Positions 1 through 11,620 of a stretch of 64,000 nucleotides of DNA are shown here, piece after piece. The notes under the pieces were generated by a model. The model was not told the origin of the DNA. It was given only the letters and a program-made list of their open reading frames with translations, and ran no database searches. Made by a program: the position numbers and the translations under genes. The stretch covers positions 74,712,918 to 74,776,917 of the forward strand of contig NC_090390.1 of the NCBI RefSeq assembly GCF_036365525.1, given 5' to 3'. The number at the start of each line of letters is the position of its first letter. Within the stretch, counting starts at the first letter, position 1. Source of the stretch: Heterodontus francisci (taxonomy: Eukaryota).

Positions 1-89
1 CCATTATCTCAGTGGAATTACTTTACCTTATGTGGTTTCATCTCACATCACATGGACAAAGGAAAAATTTAAGAGTGCAAGAGACTGTA

Positions 90-193
90 GCCTAGATTTT
101 CCAATTACATCACTATAGCGCTGCTGTTAACCCTGTTATTTAAGAAGAGAATAATACCGTCAGTTTTTTGCAGCTCATCAGGAAATCTACACC
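90..193. mobile_element. Possible short TIR element (MITE remnant)
   Basis: Imperfect inverted ends GCCTAGATTTTCC (90-102) and GGAAATCTACACC (181-193), resembling the TIRs of the GC-rich elements elsewhere in the window. Confidence 0.3.
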
Positions 194-344
194 ATCATTT
201 CCAGCAAAGCCATTATTTTGTACCTATTATTGCAATAAATACTTGGTTCTTGAGACCTGTAATATAATGGGAGCTGACAGGAAATGGATAGATTGACAGA
301 AATAGTTCATCTAGTTAACTTGGTAGATGTTGTGGGACTCCCAA

Positions 345-975
345 TAACAACAACTTGCATTTATATGGTACCCTTAATGTAGAATCTCCCAAGAGTGTTA
401 ACAAACAAAATTTGACATCAAGTCACATAAGATGATATTAGGACAGTTGACCAAAAGCTTGGTCAAAGAGATGTGTTTTAAAGGAGGAAAGAGCAGGAGA
501 GATTTAGGGTGGAAATACCACAGCTTAGGGCATAGGCAACTGAAGGCACATCCGCCAACTGCGGAGTGGTTAAATTTCGAGATGTGCAGGAGGCCAGAAT
601 TGGAGGAGCGCAGATATCCCGGAGAGTTGTAGGACTGCAGGAAGTTGCGGAAATAGGGAGGGGTTAGACCACGGAGGGAATAGAAAATAAGGATAAAAAT
701 TTTTTAACTTGAGATGTTGCCAGACCGGGAGCCAACATAGGTCAGCAGGACATGGGTGATGGGTGGACAGGATTGAATGCAAATTAGGCAGAGGTTTGGG
801 AGAGCTTAAGTTACTGGAACGTGGAAGATGACATACTGGTCAGGAGAGCATTGCAATAGTTAAGTCCAGAGTAACAAAGGCATGGATGAGGGTTTCAGCA
901 TAAGATCTGAGGCAGCTATGGTGCTGGACGATGTTACAGCAGATGTCAGGAGGTGGTCTTGGTGATGGAGGCACT
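345..975 (-). mobile_element. L2-type LINE 3' fragment
   Basis: Begins with the reverse complement of an L2-like tail (caacaacttgcatttata); similar to 7180-7390, 19425-19735 and 63225-63625. Confidence 0.7.
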
Positions 976-1244
976 GAATTGGTTAGGATCGAATGGATGA
1001 TAAAACTAACCCTTATCAATGCAGAAACATGTCAAAGACTGATCAACTAGAGATGGGAAGGATTCCTCAAGCAATCCATAGGATCCGAACTCTTGGTTGA
1101 ATATGGGGGAGGGGGTTGGTGGGGAGTGGAGTTACGTAATAGTCCTTAGAGTGGTCAATACAGCAACAGCGGAGACAGCTCTTTCAAGGCAGGCTCTTGA
1201 TACAGCTGTTTTTGCCTGTTTGAGAAGCTGGTTGATTTATTACT

Positions 1245-1450
1245 AAACAAAAGCAAAATATTGCGTATGCTAGGAACTGAAACAAAAACTTAAAGTGCTG
1301 GAAATACTCAGCAGGTCTGGCAGCAACTGTGGAGAGAGAAACAGAATTAATGTTTCAAGTCGAGGCTTTCATCAGAACTGGAACAAGTTAGAGATGTAAT
1401 CTCTTACATCTGCCCGAGCTACTGAGTATTTCTAACATTTTCTTGATTTA
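1245..1450 (-). mobile_element. Penelope-like short element with degenerate hammerhead motif and a short inverted arm
   Basis: Same family as 8392-8529 and 55891-56042. The reverse complement of 1345-1379 reads AGTT-CTGATGA-AAGCCTCGACTT-GAAACAT-T-AATT; 1400-1450 is an inverted partial copy. Confidence 0.7.
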
Positions 1451-1712
1451 TTACCATTCGCCCTGTATAGCATTGATCTTAAAGCTATTTGAAGATAATC
1501 TACAACAAGACTAACGATCAAGGCTACTAAAGTCGACTGGATTTCTCGATTCCACAGGAGCAATTGAAAGACGAATACACACAGCCAGACAACACTAAAA
1601 TGCTGGGGATAGCACCGACCACCTCCTTTTCACTAGGAAAGGCAATTAATGAACACAGAAAAGATGAAAAGGATCCCACATATTCCTGTCCAAGGCAAGA
1701 TATTTTTCACAA

Positions 1713-1800
1713 GAACAGAAGAAGTAGGAGCAGGAGTAGGCCATTCAGACCCTCGAGGCTACCCCGCCATTCAATAAGATCATGGCTGATCTGTCCAAGG
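1713..1800 (-). mobile_element. CR1-type LINE 3' tail
   Basis: agaagtaggagcaggagtaggccattcagaccctcgag...gatcatggctgat, shared with 6483-6622, 34474-34772 and 51193-51562. Confidence 0.75.
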
Positions 1801-2776
1801 CCTCAATTCTTCTTTTGGGCTGCTCTGCATAACCCGCTAAGTGCCGGCCGAGGCCATTCGCCTGCCCAGAGGCCGATGGGCACCGCAGCTGGGGCGATCC
1901 GCAGGAAGGGCCCGGTGTGTGTTCAGAGTCGCCACCGCCCTGGAGGGCGGTGCCTCGTCCAGCCGCTGCACATGCCCAGTCCTGGTTTGCACCCCACCCC
2001 GACCGACACCAAATATTTCCCCAAATATGGCCTCCTTTCTAGCTACCTGAACAAAACCATCCAATAATGAGATCATAATGACAACCACAGATAATTTAAT
2101 GAGTCCAATCTGAGCTCCGTTGAAAGTGAACTGATGTGTGATCCTGTCCCACAGAGACAGGAGGGCTCCCTATCGCAAGCTTACCACCTCCAATCACTGA
2201 GGCTAAGGGTAAGGTCAAGCATGGAGGAGGAGAAAGAATTTGCCAAAGTTCCCACTCCCCCCAATAACTGACCTGGTGTACACGTTGGGCAAAAACAGCA
2301 TCAGATATTGACTGTGATATCCTCCGTAGCTGGATAGCTTGTGTGCATTTTTCTCTCTTAATCCAAGCACGAAAGCCAGCCACTTGGAGGGAGGCAGGGA
2401 CGGTATTAGGCCCAGCCCCACGGAGTTGTATCTCATCACAAGTCAATTCCTTCAGGAGAGAGTGGTAGGAAAAGAAACATCCAAATCAACTTGACCTTTA
2501 TGCAGCACTGATCATTAAAGTAACTTCACCCAGTAAATAAATATTTCATTTCCATAATAATAAAATGGAATTTAATATTACAACTCACTGACACTCAGTT
2601 TCTTGGGAATGTGGGAGGGCATGATCTCCTAGAAAATACTGGTACATTTTGGTTAAATGTAAACACATTTTTACTTCACAATTGTTCAAAGATTACAGGG
2701 AAAAATAAGTGTGATTTAAGTCTATCCACATTCAGCAGACCAACTAGATTCGAACTTCTCCAAAAACATTCTCCAC

Positions 2777-3160
2777 AGTGTGGTGAGGGAGAGGGTGAGA
2801 GGGAGAGGAGAGTATCGTGTGTGTTGGGTGAGAGGGTGAGAGGGAGGGGAGAGTCTATGAGTGTTGGGGAGAGGGTGAGAGGGAGGGGAGAGTCTATGAG
2901 TGTTGGGGAGAGGGTGAGAGGGAGGGGAGAGTCTAGTGTGTGTTGGGTGAGAGGGGTAGGGGAATCTCTGTGTTGAAGGAAAGGGTTAGAGGCAGAGGAG
3001 AGTGTGTGTGTGCTGAGGGAGAATGTGAAAGGAAGAGGAGAGTCTAGAGAGTGTAGGGGGAGACGGTGAGAGGGAGGGGAGAGTCGGTGAGTCTTGGGGG
3101 AGAGGGTGAGAGGGAGGGGAGAGTCTGTGAGTGTTGGGGGAGAGGGATAGAAGGAAAGGG
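2777..3160 (+). repeat. G/A-rich minisatellite, ~39-bp unit
   Basis: Tandem agagggtgagagggaggggagagtctatgagtgttgggg units; produces the 13-aa repeat in ORF 2611-2976. Confidence 0.9.
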
Positions 3161-4621
3161 TGAAGTTAATTTTTTCAGAGACTATGTCCTCCGTCTCACT
3201 GTCTCCACAACAATCAGAGACTCTCCTCTCCCTCTATCCCTCTCCCCCAACCCACAGATAGCTTCCCCCCTCTTCCCCAGTCCATGTTGTCGCCTTTAAA
3301 TCCACCCCCCACCCCTCCCTCAGTTCTGTCAAGTCCTTTCCTCCACCACTCTCAACACCATTCCCTGTTCCTATCTCCTGCATCTCCAAGAGAAAAAAAT
3401 GCTTATTGCAGATGAGGTTTCTCAAAATAGTTTCATCTGATCATGGTGTAAGAGTTGAAATTCAAACACGGGGAAACTGGACTGGGAAAGTCCTCGGGGG
3501 TAAGGGGAAAATTCCCCCATTTCCCTGCAAGGGATGGGCTCGTGCTACAAGGGGAACAAGATCCACTCAATGAAAAGAATTTGTAGCTTCCTCCATTATT
3601 CTAAGGGGTGGGGGGGGGGGGGGGGTGGTATTAGGAGGCTTGCATTTAAAAATGTCTTTCTCCTTTTTCTTTTGGGAAAGGTCAGGACCATGATCCTGAA
3701 ACCCAAATAATCCTCACACTATTGATCGTCAATAAGTACCTCTGTCAAGCATGTGCTTGGTTGCTCAGAAGGCCCTGAGTCACAGGAACTTCCAATGTTG
3801 GGAGTCCTTGTACTTAGCCCTGCCAGTAAATTACGGCATTGGCCATGTTTTTGGTGGGTACAACAATCCACTGCAAGGCGGGTTCCCAGTTACATCATGA
3901 GTATGTTTGAATGTCCATGGATTTTAGGGACTATTATTTTCATTTGCAATTATAGCATAAGATGCATACAGTGCACCAGAATGTCTTACCGTATTAAAAT
4001 AAGAGCAAACACACTTATCATATTTACCAGCAATTATTCACTCAATAAAGAGAGTGTGTAACATTAAGTTATGTGTCTATTAAAGCTGTTCTTAGGGATT
4101 TGTGTGATTATAATGCAAGGCTATTATCAAGGGGAAGTGTATTTATGTGTGGTACTTAACAGCTTGCATCTGAGTTTTAAAATATCTTGCAAAAATGCAA
4201 GTCTGTTCCACAAGAGTGGATGTCACTCACTTGCCAATCTTGACAAGATGGTAGAATACATGAGGGAACACCATCCTCAGGAGATAAAGGGAGAGAGCTG
4301 GGGAGAACAGTAAAACACCAAGGAATACCAGACAGGAATTCCTCTTCTGGTATACTGTATTTGGACAATCCTTTGTATAAGGAAATTGAATTTAGCTGAG
4401 AACAGCAAGATTTTTTGTAAAATCAGTGCAGGCATGATTAATATTACGATAAACAAAACAGCATAGAATCATATGGCACAGAAGGAGATCATTCAGCCCA
4501 TCGTGCCTGTGTTAGCTCTTTGAAGGAGCTATCCAGTTTAGTCCCACACCTTATTGAAACACACAATATTCTGAGAGGGTTGATGCTGCGAGACTGTTTC
4601 CCCTGGCTGAACAGTCTATAT

Positions 4622-5227
4622 AGTAGCCATATAAATACCGTGGCTACAAGAGCAGGTCAGAGGCTAGGAATCCTGTGGCGAGTAACTCACCTCCTGACTC
4701 CCCAAAGCCTATCCACCATCTACAAGGCACAAGTCAGAAGTGTGATGGAATACTCTCCACTTGCCTGGATGGGTGCAGCTCCATCACTCAAGAAACTCGA
4801 CACCATCCAGGACAAAGCAGCCCGCTTGATCGGCACCCCGTCCACAAACATTCACTCCCTCCACCACAGACGCACAGTGGCAGCAGTGTGTACCATCTAC
4901 AAGATGCACTGCAGCAACGCACCAAGGTTCCTTAGAGAGCACCTTCCAAATCCGCGATCTCAACACCTCGAAGGACAAGAGCAGCAGATGCATGGGAACA
5001 TCACCACCTGCAAGTTCCCGTCCAAGTCACACACCATCCTGACTTGGAACTATGTCGCTGTTCCTTCACTGTCGCTGGGTCAAAATCCTGGAACTCCCTT
5101 CCTAACAGCAGTGTGGGTAGACCTACCCCAAATGGACTGCAGCGGTTCAAGAAGGCAGCTCACCACCACCTTCTCAAGGGCAATTAGGGATGGGCAATAA
5201 ATGCTGGCTTAGCCAGCGATGCCCACA
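4622..5227 (+). mobile_element. 3' fragment of the CR1/L2-group LINE family of 41466-45346
   Basis: Encodes HINTVATRAGQRLGILWRVTHLLTPQSLSTIYKAQVRSVMEYSPLAW..., nearly identical to 44738-45330; tail truncated by a GC-rich element. Confidence 0.9.
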
Positions 5228-5731
5228 GGATGGCAGTGTTGGAGGTGGGAGAAGTGGGAAAATAGGGAGGGGATAGCTATGGCGGGACGGCTCCCCCACC
5301 CATCCCTGCCATTGGGGAGCTTGTCCGGGAAGGCCTGGGATCCAGTGGCTGCATTCATGAAAGGCCGCAATCAAGGCCAAGATTAATCCATCGAAGGTGT
5401 TTCCCTTCCACCCCAATTGACTTACCGGTTTTTACTGTTATTTAATGACTGATGTGCAGGCTAGCAAGGACACCTCCAAGTTGAGGCGAGGCGCCTATGC
5501 TTTCTCAAACCTGCCTCAGCAGTGCTCGCCTCTCCCGTGGGGCTGCTGAGTCGCCAGAGCTGTCAGCCTTCTGATTGGACCAGCAGCATTGCGAACCCGC
5601 CCAGCACCCTCAATAGGATGGCGAGCTCGGAGGCAGCCAATCAGGAGTGCGCCTCCTGGTCCTGCTGCTGGCAAGTGTGGGTTCGGGACCCCCATTTGGT
5701 TCCTACGTCAGGCCATGGCAAAATCCAGCAC
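5228..5731. mobile_element. GC-rich TIR element fragment (PIF/Harbinger-like MITE)
   Basis: Ends GGCAAAATCCAGCAC, resembling the family TIR AAAATCCAGCCC; internal ccaatcag/ctgattgg motifs shared with other copies. Confidence 0.55.
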
Positions 5732-6482
5732 GTGGACAGCTCCCTATTCTCTGCTCCAACAGTGTAACCCAACCTCAAACTCAGCTCCCCCCATTGCACC
5801 AACATGACATTGGCATGAAATCTGACTTCAGTGGTAACACTAAATGAACAATGGCAAAGCAGCAGTCTGTTTTCAACCGCACTTGACTTTCTTTTTTTCC
5901 ATTAAAGTCCATGTTTCCTGGTGACTGACAAGTACTTGGTACTGTAATTCACAGGCACAAAGCTTAGCCTGCCATCCTTTTGTTTTATTCGATTTTCCTC
6001 TTGGCAGCTTGGTCTTGTAATGAGTTCATAAAGACACACAGTATTCACACACAGCGAGCATATATTTGCAGATCACTGCACACACAGAGTTTAATAATCT
6101 GTGCTGCAGCATTTCCTTCATATGGAAAGACAGGTTGTAATAAAGTTCTGGCATTGCTTTTGGGGAAATAAAACAGCAGTAATAATAAAAAAGTAATGGT
6201 GTTGCTAGTAGGAGCAGCATTTCCCAGTGGTAGATCTAACTGTTTACAAGAACAGGCTACCCATGGAAACCCATTTGATGCGAGGCACTGATGTAGAATT
6301 CTGGTGCTCATGCTATTGACTCCGAATAAATACATACATGATCCAGGCATGGATTGGATTTTCAAGAGCAAAGCCCGTTCCAATTTTCTCCTATTGTAGA
6401 AAACCTCAACGGAGTAAAGTGCTTCCCATTCATTCCCATTAAGCGAAGTTCCATATGCAGATAGGGCTGCAATGATGTAATA

Positions 6483-6622
6483 GAAACATAGAAAATAGGA
6501 GCAGGAGTAGGCCATTCGGCCCTTCGAGCCTGCTCCGCCATTCATTATGATCATGGCTGATCATCCAACTCAGTAACTTGTTCCCGTTTTCCCTCCCCCA
6601 TATCCTTTGATCCCTTTCGGCC
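6483..6622 (-). mobile_element. CR1-type LINE 3' end
   Basis: tagaaacatagaaaataggagcaggagtaggccattcggcccttcgagcc, a reverse-complement CR1 tail with octamer-like repeat. Confidence 0.8.
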
Positions 6623-7066
6623 CACCTGAGAAGCTGATGTGGCTTTCCCAGAAGGCCAACCTAGCTGTGAAGAGGCATCAGAGCCAGAAAAGGACCAAAA
6701 AGGTAAAGGTGTGTTTTTTAATTTTATTTGACTTTCCTTGTGGAGCGCAGGGGTTCACTCCTGCTCAGGCCTCCCCCACCCCAGACTTCCCGACCTCCTC
6801 CAACCGCAAAGCCTTCCTGAACATACTCCCAGCTACTTGCCTGAGTGTGGGCGCTGTTGCCTCAATCCCTCCAGATTGAGCCCTATGGCTGTTTGACAAT
6901 CTGACCCTGTCCACTGGCCAGCTGCTGCTTCTCGCCCACTTTGGACAGGAGACTGTGTCAAAGAGTTAAAATCTGCCGGGCCTCACGCTGCTGAGCTTGG
7001 CACTATCTACTGCCCACCTTGGTCCTTGGCTGCTCGCTCGCTGCCCCAAGTTAGAATCAGGGCTCC
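6623..7066. mobile_element. GC-rich repeat fragment (probable TIR element)
   Basis: GC-rich with motifs shared with the 9478-10543 and 12780-13362 elements; termini not clearly resolved. Confidence 0.4.
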
Positions 7067-7179
7067 AGTGTCAGACTGCTGAGTTGCAAGGAAATGTGAG
7101 AAAAACCTGGGCTTCAAAATTCTAATTCCTGTGATCAGCTGAAGCAAGTATCATGGGCTGGAAATTCAGCCCAACCAGC

Positions 7180-7390
7180 ATTCCTAAGCTCTGGAATTCC
7201 CTCCTTAAACCTCTCTGCCTCTCCCCCTCTTTTAAGACCCTCCAAAAAACCTATGTCTTTGCCCAAGATCTGCTCTAATGTCTCCTTCTTTGGCTCTGTG
7301 TCAATTCTTGGCTGATTATGCTCCTGTGAAGTGCCTTGGGACATTTTACTGTGCTAAAGGCACCATATAAATGCAAGTTGTTGTTTTTGT
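7180..7390 (+). mobile_element. L2-type LINE 3' end
   Basis: cctaagctctggaattccctccttaaacctctc...tataaatgcaagttgttgtt. Confidence 0.75.
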
Positions 7391-8146
7391 TCTGATATTA
7401 CATGCTATTCCAATGAATCAGATTGCTTACTATCCAAAAAACAAACCAGGATCCCTTGATTCAATTTTCCTATGTATCCCGACTCTACAAAATCAAGGAA
7501 TAAGATTGGATTCGAAACAACTGACTTAAGCTTGCAGCATGCATCAATTATTTAGTTTTTGGTATTGCTGAATCTATTGAACACCGTCAACAAGGATCTG
7601 TCTTCCCTGGAGACACCTTTTAGAAGTCAAATCACTTTTCAGCAATCACTGATTTTGTTTCATATTCTTTTTCTCTTTTAAATAAATTAAATTTAACTAC
7701 TGAGTGGTTGAGCCAAAGGAACCAGGACTAGTGTCAGGTTTAACCTTGATCTGTGCGGAGCAATTGGTTTTTGAAATTGTTGCGCAGGTTAATCGGAGAG
7801 AGCCATTCTCATCTTTACCACTTGGGTAGTGAACTGGTTGAGTTGATTGCCCATCCATTATGCAGACCATCCCATTTCAATTCCATTGATTTTATTGCAA
7901 ACCAAAAAATTGGGCAGGTGGGAAATTGTACCGTTCCGCCAATTCAACATTCAGCCGGTGAAGGTGAAAGTTACCTCCACTCAAGGAGTCTACATTCATT
8001 AACAGATATCCATAAGGATAAGTAGGGTTGTACCTCGATTAGGGAGGTCAAACATGTTATTCACTGATCCAATGAATGTGCGACTTCATGATTCTTTCAA
8101 AAACTGGCAGAAAGAACCCATCCATCCACATAAGTTTAACCACAAA

Positions 8147-8230
8147 AGAAAGACTTGCATTTGCACAGCACCTTTCATGACCTCAGAACGTCCCAAAGTG
8201 CTTTGCGGCCAACGAAGTGTAGTCACTGTT
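8147..8230 (-). mobile_element. DeuSINE (SacSINE1-like) 3' fragment
   Basis: Reverse complement of the tail seen at 22080-22132 and 28220-28280. Confidence 0.65.
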
Positions 8231-8391
8231 GGTCTGCACTGCATGCTGCTTGAGTGCACAGAGTGTGAAGAAGGGAGTTTGGTAAGTGACAGGATTTTAA
8301 GGGTTAATCTCTGTCTAAAGTCTAGTTTTGTGTTCACATTTGCAATTAACCAAAATTACTGTTTAAGTTGAGAGGCAAGTTGGTCAGTGTG

Positions 8392-8529
8392 CCAGTTCTG
8401 ATGAAAGGTCACAGATCTGAAACATTAACTCTGTTTCTCTCTCCACAGATGCTGCCTGACCTGCTGAGTATTTCCAGCACTTTGCTTTTATTCCAGATTT
8501 CCAGCATTTGCAGTATTTTGCTTTTATTT
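8392..8529 (+). mobile_element. Penelope-like short element (pLTR-derived) with hammerhead motif
   Basis: ccagttctgatgaaaggtcacagatctgaaacattaactctgtttctctctccacagatgctgcc...cagtattttgctttt; several related copies in the window. Confidence 0.75.
8394..8430 (+). ncRNA. Minimal type I hammerhead ribozyme motif (stem III palindrome broken by CpG decay)
   Basis: Stem I AGTT/AACT, core CTGATGA (8398-8404), stem II AGGTC/GATCT, then GAAAC-AT-T. Confidence 0.55.
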
Positions 8530-9477
8530 CATTGGGGTAGCGAGTTCCACATTATAACCACTCTCTGGGTGAAGACATTTCTCCTGAATTCCCTATTGGA
8601 TTTATCAGTGATGACATTATATTTATGGCCCCTCGTTTTGGACTCCCCACATGAGGCAGCATGTAAATAATAAACTATTACAATTCATTAGCTGTTTGCA
8701 TACACATAGAAGGACAATACTTGAAATTGAAACCTCAACTATCGATGGGGAAACTGGGATATGTAAGTTTTCAGCCTCTGAATGAACGATATTCTAAACC
8801 ATTGGATTCCATCCTTACGATAAATATTATTAAATTTGGAACTATAGCTCCATCAAAAATGGATAGTACTTTAGAATCCATTTTTATAATCGCAGGCAGA
8901 TATCAAAAGCCAAGAAGTAAGGAACTGTTCGAAAACCCTTGAAAGCTGCGTGACAACTGGTAACATTACTCATTGCTCATCTCCTTTTATGTTAGACTTT
9001 TCACCCAGTCATATCAGGACTAATGATGCAGACTTAAGAGTAAATGCCCCCATCAGCACCCAGTTTTAAAAATGAATTATTACTGACTAACCTTTTTTTC
9101 TTAAAAAATTCTTATTTTGATCAATAATTGCTGATCACATAATTAAGGGAACAAGCTTCGAGGAATTACTGAGGCTGACAGCAAGAAGGAGCTGAATTAA
9201 CACGAGTTTACAAACAAACAACAAAGAAAAGTACAGCACAGGAACAGGCCATTCGGCCCTCCAAGCCTGCGCCGAAAATCAGTCTTTGAACAGAATTCCA
9301 CTTCAGTAATTTTGCCTCTTTGTGTGGTTCTGTTAAGTCTGCTTTCAGTGTGTCTGTCCCATGTGGTCCCATTCACAACCAGCTACGAAAAGAACCAATT
9401 TTGCTATGTTAATATAAAAACAGAAAATGCTGGAAATACGCAACAGGTCAGGCAGCATCTGTGGAGAGAAAATCGCT

Positions 9478-9890
9478 GGGCTGAAATTTTCCACTGATCT
9501 GGAATTCCTGCCGCTGGGGCTGAAAATGAGAGGCGACCGCTTTGGCGGCGACGGGGACCTGGGGCGGCATACTGCCGGCTGCGGCCAATTAAGAGGCTGC
9601 CGCCAGGGTCACTGTTCAATTAACTGTGGCCTCCAAGAACTGCCCGCCCAATCAGAGGGCCAGCAGTTCAGCTGTGCTACTGCTAGTCCTGAGCCTGTAG
9701 CTCCAGGGAGAGGACGCCTCAATAGCTCAATTAACTGGCAGACATGTGACCGACTGCCATGTTTTCCGCCGCTGACAATATGTCATAGCAGTGGGAAGAC
9801 GTTGGGCTCCCCTCGTGACACCTTCCCCTGCCATATTGCCAGCCCACCCGCCTGCCAGCCCATCCCCAATGGGCCAGGAAAATTCGGTCC
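9478..9890. mobile_element. GC-rich TIR element (PIF/Harbinger-like MITE)
   Basis: Ends GGGCTGAAATTTTCC / GGAAAATTCGGTCC; 3-bp flanks GCT/GTT. Confidence 0.65.
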
Positions 9891-9901
9891 GTTAACTCTG
9901 T

Positions 9902-10543
9902 GGGCTGGATTTTGTGTTGGAGGCAGGGCTTCCAGCGCTGGCCGTAAAGGCGGGGGGAAGCCCACTTCTGCCTTTTCGTCCGCCCTCCACAGCACCACCG
10001 GGAGCGTTGGCTATTGCCAGTACTGCAGAGCCCTTGGATCCAGACCCAGTGCTGGAACACCAGACCTCAGGTAAGTGAGGCAAGGTCCCTGGGGCCAATC
10101 CCGAAGGCCGTGGTGAAGTGGGGGGTGTTGGTTGCGCAATCCAGGGGGATGGCGGCCCCAGGGGTAAATTGGTTCCTGGTGGGGGTCCTCTATGGACCAC
10201 AGAGTGCCCATTGAGGAGGGACCTCCCCCACACAAGCCCGCATGGAGGGTTCTTCATGTTACAAGGCATTCTCCCCTCGTGGCGTTGGCACCCCCCCCCA
10301 CCGTGCTGAAGATCCCAGTAGCGGCAGGAAGAGGCCCTTAATTGGCCTGTAATAGGCTGCTTAAGGGCCTCAATTGGCCTCTGGGCAGGAAGCACACTGT
10401 CAGCCTATCCCACACCTGGGAAGATCGCTTGACAATGGGCCCTCTGTCCCTCTCGCCCCTCCGTCATGATATTCCGTTCCCCCCCCCCCTCCCATTGCCC
10501 CTGCCTCCGACCTTGCCTCAGAGGGCCACATAAAATCCCGGCA
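9902..10543. mobile_element. GC-rich TIR element (PIF/Harbinger-like MITE)
   Basis: Ends GGGCTGGATTTT / AAAATCCCGGCA; TSD TGT (9899-9901, 10544-10546); homologous to 50677-51750. Confidence 0.7.
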
Positions 10544-11062
10544 TGTATCTCTCCACAGATGCTGCCTGACCTGCTGAGTATTTCTCGCATTTCCTGTTTT
10601 TATTTCAGATTTCCTGTATCTGTAGTATTTTGCTGCTGTTGTTATGTTGATAAACTGTTCCTAGACTATACAGGAGCACATGAACCGGTACTTAACAGAT
10701 GAATCAAACTATTACAGTTCATTAGAATTGTCACCCAATCTTAATTATTATAAAGGATGATATCTGTTCAGGCATCAATGCCTCAATTGCCCCTTGTTAA
10801 GGGGTTTTAAACCATCAGTTATAGGAAACCTGAGAGGATACATCTTATCTGGAACTCTTTGTGATGTGTCATCACAAGGAATCTTACACAAACATCTTTT
10901 CCCTTGTGTGTTAGTTAAACAAATCCATAAATGGATTTTTTTTGCAAATGCATTTATAGATTTCTTAATCCGAAGAAACAGAAAAACAGAAATATTAGAG
11001 CACAAACCGGAACACTGTGCGATAGTGCCAATTTGCAATGTTACTGGAGCAAAACTACAGAA

Positions 11063-11422
11063 GGGCGGCACAGTGGCGCAGTGGTTAGCACCGCAGCCTC
11101 ACAGCTCCAGCGACCCGGGTTCAATTCTGGGTACTGCCTGTGTGGAGTTTGCAAGTTCTCCCTGTGTCTGCGTGGGTTTTCTCCGGGTGCTCCGGTTTCC
11201 TCCCACAAGCCAAAAGACTTGCAGGTTGGTAGGTAAATTGGCCATTATAAAAAAATTGCCCCTAGTATAGGTAGGTGGTAGGGAAATATAGGGACAGGTG
11301 GGGATGTGGTAGGAATATGGGATTAGTGTAGGATTAGTATAAATGGGTGGTTGATGGTCGGCACAGACTCGGTGGGCCGAAGGGCCTGTTTCAGTGCTGA
11401 ATCTCTAAACTAAACTAAAACT
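11063..11422 (+). mobile_element. HE1-type V-SINE, full length
   Basis: tRNA-like head (TGGCGCAGTGG A box, GGTTCAATTC B box), V-domain-like tgtgtggagtttgcaagttctccc, CR1-type tail gggccgaagggcctgtttcagtgctg and (TAAAC)n end. Confidence 0.85.
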
Positions 11423-11474
11423 CTATTCTATCTCATCAGGGGAATTGTAGGATAGAGCCTGCTCCAGAAGCTGT

Positions 11475-11620
11475 GGACTGGATTTTCCCACGGGCTTCAG
11501 GATCCCGTCGTCGAGAACAAATGGGGGTCCTGATCCTGACCTTGCCGGGAGCCAGGCTGAGGGAGGGGGAGTTATTTGCCTGGAGAGGGTGGTGGTGGGA
11601 GGGGGTGCTTGCAGTTAATG
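11475..11620. mobile_element. GC-rich TIR element, left-end fragment
   Basis: Starts GGACTGGATTTTCCC, like 35718. Confidence 0.45.

Larger units (their letters stand above)
9410..10635. mobile_element. Fold-back Penelope-like element (arms 9410-9477 and 10544-10635) split by two TIR insertions
   Basis: The arms are inverted copies of the 8392-8529 family; the residual spacer GTTAACTCTGT (9891-9901) belongs to that family. Confidence 0.7.

Noticed and set aside
2611-2976. Repetitive ERVRGRGESMSVG protein
   Set aside because: Translation of a 39-bp minisatellite
2777-3160. CRISPR-like array
   Set aside because: The units are directly tandem with no unique spacers, the context is eukaryotic, and there are no cas genes
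3605-3628. Poly-G run as a functional element
   Set aside because: A simple homopolymer inside a degenerate GC-rich repeat; no further support
4520-5200. 226-aa ORF as a host gene
   Set aside because: It is a chimera of CR1 pieces and the LINE RT C-terminus, read out of frame into the LINE 3' end; the same peptide recurs at other repeat copies
9427-10395. Long overlapping ORFs (215 aa plus, 167 aa minus)
   Set aside because: They lie in GC-rich TIR repeats where stops are rare; there is no recognisable domain and they cross element boundaries
11063-11140. Functional tRNA genes at SINE heads (also 21694, 27830, 42977, 43904)
   Set aside because: A and B boxes are present but there is no complete cloverleaf, and each continues into a SINE body and tail
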